A stretch of DNA of 64,000 nucleotides from the sequence record OP744025; one strand, given 5' to 3'. Of this stretch, positions 8,949 through 17,961 are shown piece by piece (the first letter of the stretch is position 1; the number at the start of each line of letters is the position of its first letter). The notes beneath the pieces were generated by a model that had not been told where the DNA came from, did no database searches, and worked only from the letters and a program-made list of their open reading frames with translations. A program made the translations under genes and the position numbers. Source of the DNA: Escherichia phage A5-4.

Positions 8949-9326
8949 TTATACTCCAAATGTGGATTTGATTTCAGCAATAACCTCATGCACATTGTTT
9001 TCGTTTACTTCAAATGTGTAGGACGTTGGTTTAAGGAACGTCTGAGGTGAAACATTAACAAAGAATTCAAATTCATCATCAAAAATTTCAAAGTATTTTC
9101 CAGGTGTTGATTCTTGGCTTTTGAAAACAGTACCATCTTCCATAGTAACAGAAGAAACAGATTTTTCACCAAGGGTGTATGTTTTTAGCTCGTCAACAAC
9201 GAAACTGGGGCCGTGGCGACGGAGTATTTCAACCATAGTTCGGTTAGCTCCACAAATACCAGTACGCTTAATAAATAACTCTTCACACCGAGGATTGAGA
9301 ATATAAGTTTTTCCTACTTGCATCAT
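8949..9326 (-). CDS. hypothetical protein, member 3 of tandem paralog triplet
   Basis: 125 aa; N-terminus MxVGKTYxLNP and C-terminus EVIxxIKSTF shared with the next two genes. Confidence 0.55.
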   Translation of the reverse strand: MMQVGKTYILNPRCEELFIKRTGICGANRTMVEILRRHGPSFVVDELKTYTLGEKSVSSVTMEDGTVFKSQESTPGKYFEIFDDEFEFFVNVSPQTFLKPTSYTFEVNENNVHEVIAEIKSTFGV

Positions 9327-9336
9327 TACAATCTCC

Positions 9337-9696
9337 TTATGCTAAGTTAAATGTGGATTTGATCAGGTCAATAACCTCTTGTGCGTTGCTCTCCGACACA
9401 GATACCTGAATAATTTTAAGGTCGCTGACCTCTTCAAAGTATTCGAACTCAGATTCACGAAGTTCAAAGTACATTGCCCCACAGCCCACACTGAATGAAT
9501 CACACCCTACAGCGCCATCTTCTGTTGTGATGTTATTAACATACTCATCACCTTCGATCATGCTCATGTTGTTAACAATAAATCGTGGCCCGTGCTCATC
9601 CAGAAAAGAAACAATCTCGTGATTGTAACTTGGGTCAGCCTTAATAAATTTGTCTACGAGTTTTGGATTAAGTTTATAAGTTTTACCCACTTCCAT
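9337..9696 (-). CDS. hypothetical protein, member 2 of tandem paralog triplet
   Basis: 119 aa; clearly similar to 9708..10082 (MExGKTYxLN, HGPxFxVNN, YFELxESEF, VSxSNAQExxDLIKxTFNLA). Confidence 0.6.
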   Translation of the reverse strand: MEVGKTYKLNPKLVDKFIKADPSYNHEIVSFLDEHGPRFIVNNMSMIEGDEYVNNITTEDGAVGCDSFSVGCGAMYFELRESEFEYFEEVSDLKIIQVSVSESNAQEVIDLIKSTFNLA

Positions 9697-9707
9697 TTTT
9701 GTTCTCC

Positions 9708-10082
9708 TTACGCCAGGTTAAAGGTAGCTTTAATCAAATCTAAAGTTTCTTGTGCATTACTACGAGAGACGGCAACCTGAATAATAACAGGGTCTTCATC
9801 TTCCCCGACTTCTTTGAAGAAGGGGAATTCACTCTCTGCAAGTTCAAAGTATACACACTTGTTACCTTCGCGGTCGTGAAAAACGTCACTACCTAAAGTA
9901 CCATCTTCAAATATGACATTGTTAACATATCTAACATTATCATAAAAGTAGGTGTTGTTGACAACAAATTTAGGACCGTGTTTATAAAGAAGATCAGCCA
10001 ATTCTTGATTGTAGCTAGGGTCCATACTAATAAAAGCTTTTTCTAAGTCTTTATTAAGAATATAAGTTTTTCCGATTTCCAT
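9708..10082 (-). CDS. hypothetical protein, member 1 of tandem paralog triplet
   Basis: 124 aa; see 9337..9696. Confidence 0.6.
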   Translation of the reverse strand: MEIGKTYILNKDLEKAFISMDPSYNQELADLLYKHGPKFVVNNTYFYDNVRYVNNVIFEDGTLGSDVFHDREGNKCVYFELAESEFPFFKEVGEDEDPVIIQVAVSRSNAQETLDLIKATFNLA

Positions 10083-10095
10083 CTTTGTTTTCCTC

Positions 10096-10272
10096 TTATT
10101 TGTTGATGAATTGGCTAAGGATTTCGATAAGATCTTTAGCTTGTTTCTTGTCGAGAATCACGCTGTCTCCTGCATGGCAGATTTCAATAACATCCTCTTC
10201 TGCATGATATTCAACTTCCTTTGCATGAAAATCTTCAGTTTCTTTAATCACTTTTACAATGCGCTGTGTCAT
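10096..10272 (-). CDS. small acidic protein (58 aa), not in ORF track
   Basis: ATG at 10272 preceded by GGGAGAGAA; translation MTQRIVKVIKETEDFHAKEVEYHAEEDVIEICHAGDSVILDKKQAKDLIEILSQFINK; fills a gap in the minus-strand block. Confidence 0.4.
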   Translation of the reverse strand: MTQRIVKVIKETEDFHAKEVEYHAEEDVIEICHAGDSVILDKKQAKDLIEILSQFINK

Positions 10273-10382
10273 CTTGTTTCTCTCCCTTTCTCTCTTTCAT
10301 CGTTTAGTTTCGATAAGGTGATAGTACATCAACTAACCAATTATTATTTAGCAATTAGTGCTAAACGCCATAATCAATCTTA

Positions 10383-10625
10383 TTAATTTTCATTTAATAC
10401 CCTTAGTGCTCTCTTTTCACAAATATCCCTGAGCCTGATTACCTCTCCTATTAGATAGGAAATAGCCTTAGCTTGTACTGGTTCATCGTAATCCCCAACC
10501 GTCCCAAACACTTCATCGAGAGATAGGAAGAACTCTGAAGAGTAAATACTGTTTTGATCTTCTATAGCACGGTCTGCATTAAATTTAATATCTTCCAGGG
10601 CGCTATTACTGATATTCATAGTCAA
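10383..10625 (-). CDS. hypothetical protein
   Basis: 80 aa ORF, 4-nt overlap with the upstream gene. Confidence 0.45.
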   Translation of the reverse strand: MTMNISNSALEDIKFNADRAIEDQNSIYSSEFFLSLDEVFGTVGDYDEPVQAKAISYLIGEVIRLRDICEKRALRVLNEN

Positions 10626-11047
10626 ACTCCATAATCTATCTTAACAAGCTTCCCTTTGTAGTATCCAAAGTTTTTAGGAAATGCGTCGTACTCGAAGAAA
10701 TCTCGGTCAAGGGTTCTATCTTTATCGTTATCAACCTCATCATAAAGTTTTTGTAGATCAGCTGTAAATAATCCCTTATTCTCTACTGGTTTAGCCTTGT
10801 GCATCACAACCATAAGTCCGAATCTGTTTGAGTAAGCTATTGGGCATAGATGCGGGTTATTATACCCTTTCCACTGACCCTCCGTCATATTGCTGAGCAT
10901 TCCCTGAACAAACGCCTTCCATGAATTAAATCTTGGGAACTTAATCGCATACTTGTTTGTGATTATGACAATTCTCGTCCCACCACTCCTGTTTATCTGC
11001 ATCTTAATATCTCCAGACCTCGTTACTTGTTTCGATGAGGGCATCAT
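10622..11047 (-). CDS. hypothetical protein, possible small kinase-like fold
   Basis: 141 aa; Gly-rich loop RSGGTRIVIITNKYAIKF and KIDYG near C-terminus faintly resemble kinase subdomains. Speculative. Confidence 0.45.
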   Translation of the reverse strand: MMPSSKQVTRSGDIKMQINRSGGTRIVIITNKYAIKFPRFNSWKAFVQGMLSNMTEGQWKGYNNPHLCPIAYSNRFGLMVVMHKAKPVENKGLFTADLQKLYDEVDNDKDRTLDRDFFEYDAFPKNFGYYKGKLVKIDYGV

Positions 11048-11084
11048 ACCAGAATGAATCTGTGTGTCAACACTTTTTATTCAG

Positions 11085-11112
11085 GCAATAAAAAACCACC
11101 CCGAAGGGTGGC
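11085..11112 (-). terminator. rho-independent terminator
   Basis: Hairpin ccaccc-cgaa-gggtgg with T-run on the minus strand, just downstream of polymerase exon 2. Confidence 0.6.
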
Positions 11113-11129
11113 TTAAGATTAAAATTTCA

Positions 11130-11429
11130 TTAGTGACAATCTCCCCAGCTGTATCCACAAAGGTATTCTCCAGTTATCATCACTGGTGATTTCATCATCT
11201 TAGCTGCTTGTTCGACACAACGAACAACCATCTCTCCTACAGGGCAGTATGTAATAGTGAAGATACCATTTTCATCTGGATCACACTTAAACTTCCCTTC
11301 CTTCACGCAATGACCATCCAAGATCATTTTCTTAGCCAAGCAAGCTTCTACAAATTTCTTCGCGTCAGCTTCATTGTCAAAGGTCCAAGTCTTCTTAAAC
11401 TTGTGTGGCACTTCAAGCTGGTATTCATC
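11130..11429 (-). CDS. DNA polymerase (family A, T7 gp5-like), exon 2
   Basis: Frame of ORF 11130..11480 from GAT at 11429: DEYQLEVPHKF... ending ...GYSWGDCH, matching the family A C-terminus (T7 ...NWAICH); completes motif C when joined to exon 1. Confidence 0.7.
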   Translation of the reverse strand, partial: DEYQLEVPHKFKKTWTFDNEADAKKFVEACLAKKMILDGHCVKEGKFKCDPDENGIFTITYCPVGEMVVRCVEQAAKMMKSPVMITGEYLCGYSWGDCH

Positions 11430-12201
11430 CAAAAGTTTAACGAGGTCGTTACTCTCGCCCACATCATTACATGTTGCCATACGTTTTCACGTATGGATCG
11501 GACTATATCACCATCCTTTTCAGGATGCTCCCCATTTCGACGGCACTTGCTCGCCTACGCCTCTCGGCTAGTCTCTGAACGTTAGGACCATGTGTAGTCA
11601 CAAGAGATGTGTGTCCAGTTTTTACGGATTTTTATGGACCTTACCACGTTGTAAGGATAACCCATATCCCGAATCTGTGCACTTCCATAACCTTGCCCCA
11701 GGAAGTTGCAAATCTCTCTAACCTCTTCTTCGGTAACTATACTTCTGGCGTTATCAACCCCTGTTGCTGAACGACATTTATCAGCAAAGGTTTTCTTGAT
11801 ATTTCCACCACGAGTTGTCCATTGGAGGTTTGAATAGTGGTTATTCCTTTTGTCAGGCCACTTATGATCAACCTCCGGCAAACCTTCAGGGTTTGGTACA
11901 AAACACTCTGCCACCAAAACGTGAACAGCCTTTGTAGTCGTCCTTTTGTTGAGATACAGACTTACAATAAGATACCCACGTCCATTATCAACTGCCGCCA
12001 TTGGTTTCCCTCGACGACCTATAATGGTCCCGTCTTCATAAACCTTGTAACCGAAATAATCTTTATATTCCACATGATCCTCTTCGCTGCTGATTAACAT
12101 AGTCTCATACTAACTCACACTTGAATTAATATCAACCTTAGTCTTCCAGCAATTAAAGGAGTTTTCGATGTGAGTTACCTCACAAAGCCACAATGTTACT
12201 T
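11430..12201 (-). mobile_element. group I intron carrying an HNH homing endonuclease gene, inserted in polymerase motif C
   Basis: 772 nt between codons H and D of HDE. 5-prime exon ends in U, intron ends in G. Contains P-like AAUUGCUGGAAGACU (12139-12153), Q-like AAUCAGCAGC (12086-12095), R-like GUUCAGAGACUA (11566-11581) and S-like GAUAUAGUCC (11500-11511). Confidence 0.7.
11582..12100 (-). CDS. HNH homing endonuclease (intron-encoded)
   Basis: 172 aa; GYLIVSL...AVHVLVAECF...VDHKWPDKRNNHYSNLQWTTRGGN is an HNH-3 type signature; lies between the two polymerase exons. Confidence 0.75.
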   Translation of the reverse strand: MLISSEEDHVEYKDYFGYKVYEDGTIIGRRGKPMAAVDNGRGYLIVSLYLNKRTTTKAVHVLVAECFVPNPEGLPEVDHKWPDKRNNHYSNLQWTTRGGNIKKTFADKCRSATGVDNARSIVTEEEVREICNFLGQGYGSAQIRDMGYPYNVVRSIKIRKNWTHISCDYTWS

Positions 12202-14085
12202 ATGGTAATAGATAATACGTCTAACGCCTTCATCATACCAACCTTTCTTGACCAACTGCCAGTGCAGGAGGATACCCACCAAGTCAAACAGTGCAGCACC
12301 ACCATTCTGCTGATAAGCATTAAGCAATGAGTGTTTGGAACGAGTGTAGATCTTACGCCCATCCAGACCATAGATGAATCGCTTACCGTTAGCTTCCCAA
12401 AACTTCTCTAATGCTTCTTTACGACCTTTCAAGCCGATGTTGCTATCCCAGAATGCGTCGATTACTGCTTGGGCTTTCTCAAGACTGATACCAAGCATTG
12501 ATGCAATCTTCGCTGCCTGTGCCCCGTACATGATTCCGTATGTCACCCCTTTACCTTCGCCACGAGAAACCTTCTTCCCTGCTGCTTTGGTATATGCTTC
12601 TGCGTTTCGGGAGTGAGCATCTCCAGATTCCATGATACGAAGATAAGCACCGCCATCGAAATCATAAGCGCCCCATGCTGCGATCATGCCTTCCAAGTTT
12701 GAACCGTCGATACCTACCTGATATTTACCCTCAGAGGCTCTGAATAGTTCACGCATCTCTTTACCGAGAAGAACTTTCTCATCCGGCTTAGGTACGTTTG
12801 CTACGATCGTATGCTTACGACGACCTGTGTTAGTTATTCCACTATAACGGGCCGGAAGTTTACCGTCAACTCGTAGACGTGGATGGTTAAGCCATCCGGT
12901 ATCAACCTTCTCTTCTTTCAGCGGGTCAAGAACAGATCGTCGGTTACGTAAAGACAGCCATTTAACAATCTGTTTAGCCATTTCACCATCTACTCGCTCA
13001 AGGTTAGGGCAAAGACCTTGCTGATCCTTAAGTTGCGGGGATGTTGGCAATGCACGAGCTTTCTTACGGAAAAACTTGAACATCTTTTCTTTATCTGACC
13101 ACTGCTTAGGTGTGATCGCCAAGCTTTTCAGAATCAGATCACGATACTCCGTCTGATCCAAATCTTCAATGTATTGACGAACAATCAGATCAACCTCACT
13201 ATCAGGACGCTGTTTCTTGAACTGATCTTTAGTTGCATCCTTTGTACGCCAAATTGTTGGGACCCACCCTGCATCACGGATCAGGAACTTCTTAACGTCG
13301 TCCTGGTTACCAATACGCATCGGAATCATAATGTCCGGCATCTTTTGTTCTTTGATATCCATCAAAGCACGAGCCATATCTTCCGGCGGCAAAGGAACAA
13401 GTCCTTGCTGCTTAACGTTTTGTGCACGGATAAAATCACCCATTTTGGATTCATCCTCTACACCGTGCTCAACACAATACTTGATCGCGGCGGCAGTAAG
13501 AGATCCGTCAGCCTTAAACGGCTTACTTGGTGCACCTTTAAACTCCAAGGCTTCCCAATTGATATTATAACCTAACTTCTCTAACCATTTCCAACCTGTA
13601 CCGGAAAGAGATCCATCACCCTTGAAAGGTTTAGATGGGAATGTCGGTTGTGCTGATTTCGACATCTCTTTCTTCGGCAACTTAGGTTCAACCTCTAACT
13701 CAATGTCTGTCATCATCTTATCGATACGATCACGAAGCTTGAGTGCTTTTTCTTCATCAAATGAAACACCCTGAATTTCTTGCTCAATCATCAGGTAGTC
13801 AGTCAACATACCTCGACGCAGGGCATTCTTCCAGTTGATCATTTTATACTTCTTCTGATCTTTGTCTGTTTCATCCTTATACATGAAGCGTTTATCATCC
13901 GGCATAGATTCACAAGAGATCTCTTTCATCAGAGCATCCCATACCATTTCGTTGATAATTACGTCTTCAATAATACGATCGCAATACTTCCAAAGTGGAA
14001 GGCCACGCCAATCTTCGATCGCCACTTTCTGGTTAGCTACTCGCATACCCCAAGCTTCAAGCCCGTGTGGCCCTACAGGCTTCAT
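12202..14085 (-). CDS. DNA polymerase (family A, T7 gp5-like), polymerase part, exon 1
   Basis: HGLEAWGMRV matches T7 HALEAWGYRLG; Exo III-like YCDRIIEDV; motif B region SRGEGKGVTYGIMYGAQAAKI; reading frame ends ...RRIIYYH at the intron junction (track ORF 12196..14085). Confidence 0.8.
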
Positions 14086-14531
14086 TTTACCGTGACGGGG
14101 TTCTTTACCATCTCAGGACAACCGCGAGGCAGAGGGCGATCTGGATACAGTGTACGGGACATTGAAAGTGTATCGAAGATGTTTACTTGTTTACCATTAA
14201 TCGTACCCATGCAACCAGGGTCTGCAAACATATCGTAAGTTGTTCCAAGCATCTTCTTAAACAACTGGAGGTCGTAGCCGAAGATGTTGTGGATAGCAAT
14301 TGCTTTAGGCTCTGTGACAAACCACTCGTTTAATTCCTCAATGGTCCGAATCTTAAAGTTTTTACCTTTAGATTGGATAAATTTAACAGCTTGATCGTAA
14401 CCTTCCCGCTGGGGATCAAGAAAGATGTTCCAGTTATCTTTTTTATACTCTTTAAACAAGACGCAGTGAATCAGATCAACCTCTGTCAATAGACCATTCG
14501 CTTCCGCATCTCCAATAAATAAGCCTTTCAT
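14082..14531 (-). CDS. DNA polymerase 3-prime-5-prime exonuclease N-terminal part (Exo I/II), separate frame
   Basis: Exo I FIGDAEANGL and Exo II AIHNIFGYD align with T7 gp5 DIEAN / HNGHKYD. Likely start ATG 14531 with GAAGGAG RBS. Stop overlaps the next ORF start (ATGA at 14082-14085). Confidence 0.7.
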   Translation of the reverse strand: MKGLFIGDAEANGLLTEVDLIHCVLFKEYKKDNWNIFLDPQREGYDQAVKFIQSKGKNFKIRTIEELNEWFVTEPKAIAIHNIFGYDLQLFKKMLGTTYDMFADPGCMGTINGKQVNIFDTLSMSRTLYPDRPLPRGCPEMVKNPVTVK

Positions 14532-14696
14532 TTTTTCTCCTTCTTCAAGCTCCAACTAGACTAAAACAAAGCCCAGCCGGAGGTATGACCCTTCGGCTAG
14601 GTTATCAAAAGTGTCGGTATCCTTCATCAATAAAATAAAGCATCACTAACAGGGCGAATACCCCACATAAGAAGATCAAGCCCAATAAGGTGGGCA

Positions 14697-14972
14697 TCAG
14701 TCTTCTATTACCTCAAATTCACCACTAAAAGCTACGATAGTTTCACCGTAGCCCATGTTCAATCGGGCAGTTGTAGGTTTGCCATTCCTAGATAGATAGT
14801 ACACCCTCGCTTCGTAAATGTCACCAACTTTTACACCGTAAGCCTGTAGGTCTTTGTTATTGATATCTTTATTTTCAGCATTGATTATTCGAACACTGCT
14901 GATCTCTGAGTATACAGAATTATCTTTCATCAGTATTTTTCCTCTGGACGGAAAACTCCACGGCAAGCCCAC
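14697..14972 (-). CDS. hypothetical protein
   Basis: 91 aa ORF in block. Confidence 0.45.
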   Translation of the reverse strand: MGLPWSFPSRGKILMKDNSVYSEISSVRIINAENKDINNKDLQAYGVKVGDIYEARVYYLSRNGKPTTARLNMGYGETIVAFSGEFEVIED

Positions 14973-15214
14973 ATACTTGCTTCTTTGAGGCGATCTTTAG
15001 CCTTAGATAAGCAATCAGATGCAAAAAGCACGGAATCTAGATCCCCTTCGGGAATCGAAGAGTCATTAGCCAGTCGATTATATTCCTCAATAATCTCGTC
15101 TTCTAATGCTTTTAAAATAAGACCTAAACGAATTTCAGCATCTTTAATGGCATTCACCTTACCGATTTTTTCATCGGTGTGTGGTTTGTAGCCCTTAATG
15201 TCATCAATAGCCAT
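14930..15214 (-). CDS. hypothetical protein
   Basis: 94 aa ORF; start may be internal. Confidence 0.45.
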   Translation of the reverse strand: MAIDDIKGYKPHTDEKIGKVNAIKDAEIRLGLILKALEDEIIEEYNRLANDSSIPEGDLDSVLFASDCLSKAKDRLKEASMWACRGVFRPEEKY

Positions 15215-15696
15215 TACCAGTCCTCCTCTGTTTGTTCATACTCTGAAGGGGTGATGAAGTAATTCTGACCCCGCTTGCACTGGTTGAAAGTCCCAACATA
15301 CCAAGTACCGATATCCATGTTGATGAAAGTTTCTTCTTGAACAAAGATCAGATCAGCAAGATTATTGTCTGATCGTTGAGTCGCTAATAAAATATGCTCA
15401 AAATCTGCTAATGTCAGGTTATAACAGAAGCCGTCTTCGTCTTCCATGATTGCAACAACAGAACTACGCCCTTGGGTAAATTTACGAAACTGTAGACGTA
15501 AATGGCGATGCTCATGATCATTAGTCTTAACCTTTTTTCGATTTTCAAAGTATTCTTCGGAATAGTGTGGATGCTTTAATTTCAGTTTTTCAATTTCCTC
15601 AATAGAAAGAGCGTCCTTATCCCAACCAGTAAACCACTTACCATTATCATTAAATACCGCAGGGTATTTACGCTTACTTAAATCTTTAAACATCAT
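15214..15696 (-). CDS. hypothetical protein
   Basis: Track ORF 15214..15756 trimmed to internal ATG (MMFKDLSKRKYP...) to reduce overlap; start uncertain. Confidence 0.45.
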   Translation of the reverse strand: MMFKDLSKRKYPAVFNDNGKWFTGWDKDALSIEEIEKLKLKHPHYSEEYFENRKKVKTNDHEHRHLRLQFRKFTQGRSSVVAIMEDEDGFCYNLTLADFEHILLATQRSDNNLADLIFVQEETFINMDIGTWYVGTFNQCKRGQNYFITPSEYEQTEEDW

Positions 15697-16018
15697 AGTC
15701 CTCCCCATAAATATCTTGAATTTTTGAAACCAGGTATTCAGGATCACTACCATCATACCACACTTCTACGAAAACCTTTTGGGAATCCTTAACGATCTTT
15801 GCCCCTACTCTTTCAATCCCCTTAAAGAAAGATTGTAAGATGTAATCATCCAGCAAGTTCACCCCGTAAGCATCGTGGAGAGATTTCTCATCGTGAACAT
15901 ACACAACCATCTTACCATCGTAGGTGAGTTGGATATGGGGATCATCTTCCCAAGCAATAGCCGGAGAATCCGGCTCAAGCTTTGCGATAACCCCAATCGT
16001 CAAGCAGTTGTCACTCAC
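15686..16018 (-). CDS. hypothetical protein
   Basis: 110 aa acidic protein; ATGA-type overlap with the upstream gene. Confidence 0.5.
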   Translation of the reverse strand: MSDNCLTIGVIAKLEPDSPAIAWEDDPHIQLTYDGKMVVYVHDEKSLHDAYGVNLLDDYILQSFFKGIERVGAKIVKDSQKVFVEVWYDGSDPEYLVSKIQDIYGEDYDV

Positions 16019-17232
16019 TCCTTACCTCCTGCGATACGTAACATTTGGATAGTTTTCTCCAGTTCTTTACGAGGTTTGGCAACCAGGCGACGTTCATGTC
16101 GCTTAAGGAAACCCTCTAAAAACTCCAACGGTTTAAATGATAACACTTCCTGAACTGATTCGTCAACAGCATATTCTTTCTGGACCATACGATAAACCGG
16201 ATTCTTTACAGTTACCGGAGTATAACCCTTCGTGATCGCCATCTGAGTAACAACACGTTTCTTACCGTCGGTCCACGAATCGTCAATAGGGAAAGAATCT
16301 TTTCCGTATTTTTCAGCGAACAACTTAACTGCTGTCTTTGTCAGGTCGTCCTGATCTTCTTGTGACCGACTTTGACCCCAATAATAGCCACCAGAGGTCT
16401 TAGCACGACGTTCTGAGAACAAAGCAAGGTCATCGTACTGCTCAAGAGCTAAACGCGCCAGAAGTTCGATATCGTCGCTTTCTGACAGTAGTCGGTTTGC
16501 TTCGTACTTAACCTCAAAAGTATTTGCACTGTCACGATCACGGTCAAGAGTAAAAGCCTCTGGCTTAAAATCATAATCGAATTTAAAATTACCTGGAACA
16601 CGAGTAACGAACAGTCCATTTACAAACAGGTTGCAGTCGCCACCTGTGATAGAGCCATCCTCTTCTTCATTTTGGTATTCGTCCGCAGCATTGTATAGCT
16701 TAGTATAAGCTTTACCGCGGTCATTCTGAATAACGACTGTACGTTCAGTAGTTGGTGCATAGTTATCCATAATTTCCGACATAGCGTACTGAGGGATGTT
16801 TTCAATGATAACGGTCACAGTATTTGAATCACGACCCGATAAGGCGTTTTCATGGATATCCACCGCCAAAATGTTCTGTTCGTATGTGGTATCGTAAACC
16901 ATATTTGGAATCCAAAGATCATTACCATTTTCGATAACGATATCTGCGCCTTCACGAACAAGCACCAGAAGACCCACTTTCAGACCTTCACCAAACTTAC
17001 CGATCTTACTGTCATCATCACGTTTGGTTGAAACACCCATCAAAAGGCCGGAAACAGGAACAACACCGCCACGAGAGATGATTGTGATCTTACCTTGATT
17101 ACTATCATCATTCCCAAAATAAATATTGAAATCTTCTGTATCGATAGCATTTTGCATGAGTTCACGAGCACCTTGCCACCATGACCAGTGGCTGACGTAA
17201 TTTTCAGTGATGCTCAATTTAATCTGTTTCAT
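16015..17232 (-). CDS. GHKL (Bergerat-fold) ATPase-like protein
   Basis: 405 aa; N-box-like ELMQNAIDT and G2-box-like IGKFGEGLKVG; remainder unassigned. Confidence 0.45.
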   Translation of the reverse strand: MKQIKLSITENYVSHWSWWQGARELMQNAIDTEDFNIYFGNDDSNQGKITIISRGGVVPVSGLLMGVSTKRDDDSKIGKFGEGLKVGLLVLVREGADIVIENGNDLWIPNMVYDTTYEQNILAVDIHENALSGRDSNTVTVIIENIPQYAMSEIMDNYAPTTERTVVIQNDRGKAYTKLYNAADEYQNEEEDGSITGGDCNLFVNGLFVTRVPGNFKFDYDFKPEAFTLDRDRDSANTFEVKYEANRLLSESDDIELLARLALEQYDDLALFSERRAKTSGGYYWGQSRSQEDQDDLTKTAVKLFAEKYGKDSFPIDDSWTDGKKRVVTQMAITKGYTPVTVKNPVYRMVQKEYAVDESVQEVLSFKPLEFLEGFLKRHERRLVAKPRKELEKTIQMLRIAGGKE

Positions 17233-17244
17233 TTATTTGTCCTC

Positions 17245-17961
17245 TTATTTGTTGTATTGATAAATTGCTTCAGCTAAGCCCCGTGGGGTTAGTGACCGGA
17301 TCATCTTAGTTCTTGCTGACTTACCTCCTAACTTATTCTGCTGATCTGACCAACCAGGTGCAACAGGAACCGGAGAGGTTTTTGGAATTATAAACCCATT
17401 TCCTGTCCAAAGTCCAGTCTTTTTCGGATAAGCATCCCTTGGTTTAATGTATTGAGGAAAATAAGGGTTAACATCATTTACCGGAAGGTAACCGCCATAT
17501 TCCCAAGGGTTAAAATATACAGTAGGTTTTCGCCATTGTCCAGCTAAAACACTTACTGGGTTTTCAATCATATACGGACAATCGAAAACAAATTCAGCAA
17601 GCCAAGCTGCAATCTTCGCAGTTCTTACCGCCTTGACCTGGAAGAAAGGATCTTTTGCTTTCTTCGATGCAAAGTGACGAGAACCACTAACAGCCATATC
17701 GGTACATGGAGGATAGGCAAGGATCAGGTCCGGCGCAGGCAATCCTAAGTTCTCTACATTCTCCATCCATTCAATATCGATAAAGGCGTTAACGTAAGTG
17801 ATGTTGGGATGAATTTCCTTTACGCCTTCATAATCCCCGTGATCAGCATCGTCATAGTTGAAGCAGTAGCATTTGTGCCCTGCCTTCGCCCAGGGAAGAA
17901 CATCAATCCCTGAACCAGAAAAGAGACTCCAGATAATCTTTTTATTCATCGTAGCATCCAA
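17245..17961 (-). CDS. DNA cytosine-C5 methyltransferase-like protein (short form)
   Basis: 238 aa; motif I-like WSLFSGSGIDVL, motif IV-like LAYPPCTDMAVSGS, motif VI-like MIENPVSVL; no obvious target-recognition domain. Confidence 0.5.
   Translation of the reverse strand: MDATMNKKIIWSLFSGSGIDVLPWAKAGHKCYCFNYDDADHGDYEGVKEIHPNITYVNAFIDIEWMENVENLGLPAPDLILAYPPCTDMAVSGSRHFASKKAKDPFFQVKAVRTAKIAAWLAEFVFDCPYMIENPVSVLAGQWRKPTVYFNPWEYGGYLPVNDVNPYFPQYIKPRDAYPKKTGLWTGNGFIIPKTSPVPVAPGWSDQQNKLGGKSARTKMIRSLTPRGLAEAIYQYNK

Noticed and set aside
10111-10386. Plus-strand ORF in the minus-strand block
   Set aside because: Phe/Leu-rich translation with no RBS; the minus-strand 58-aa ORF 10096..10272 with a good RBS explains the region better.
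11430-12201. Intein as the explanation for the interrupted polymerase
   Set aside because: The intervening sequence contains stop codons in the polymerase frame and the HNH gene is in its own frame with group I P/Q/R/S-like elements; an intein would be an in-frame insertion.
12374-14238. Plus-strand ORFs overlapping the polymerase gene (12374..12616, 13174..13575, 13331..13570, 13780..14238, 13862..14095)
   Set aside because: All antisense to the well-supported family A polymerase frame.
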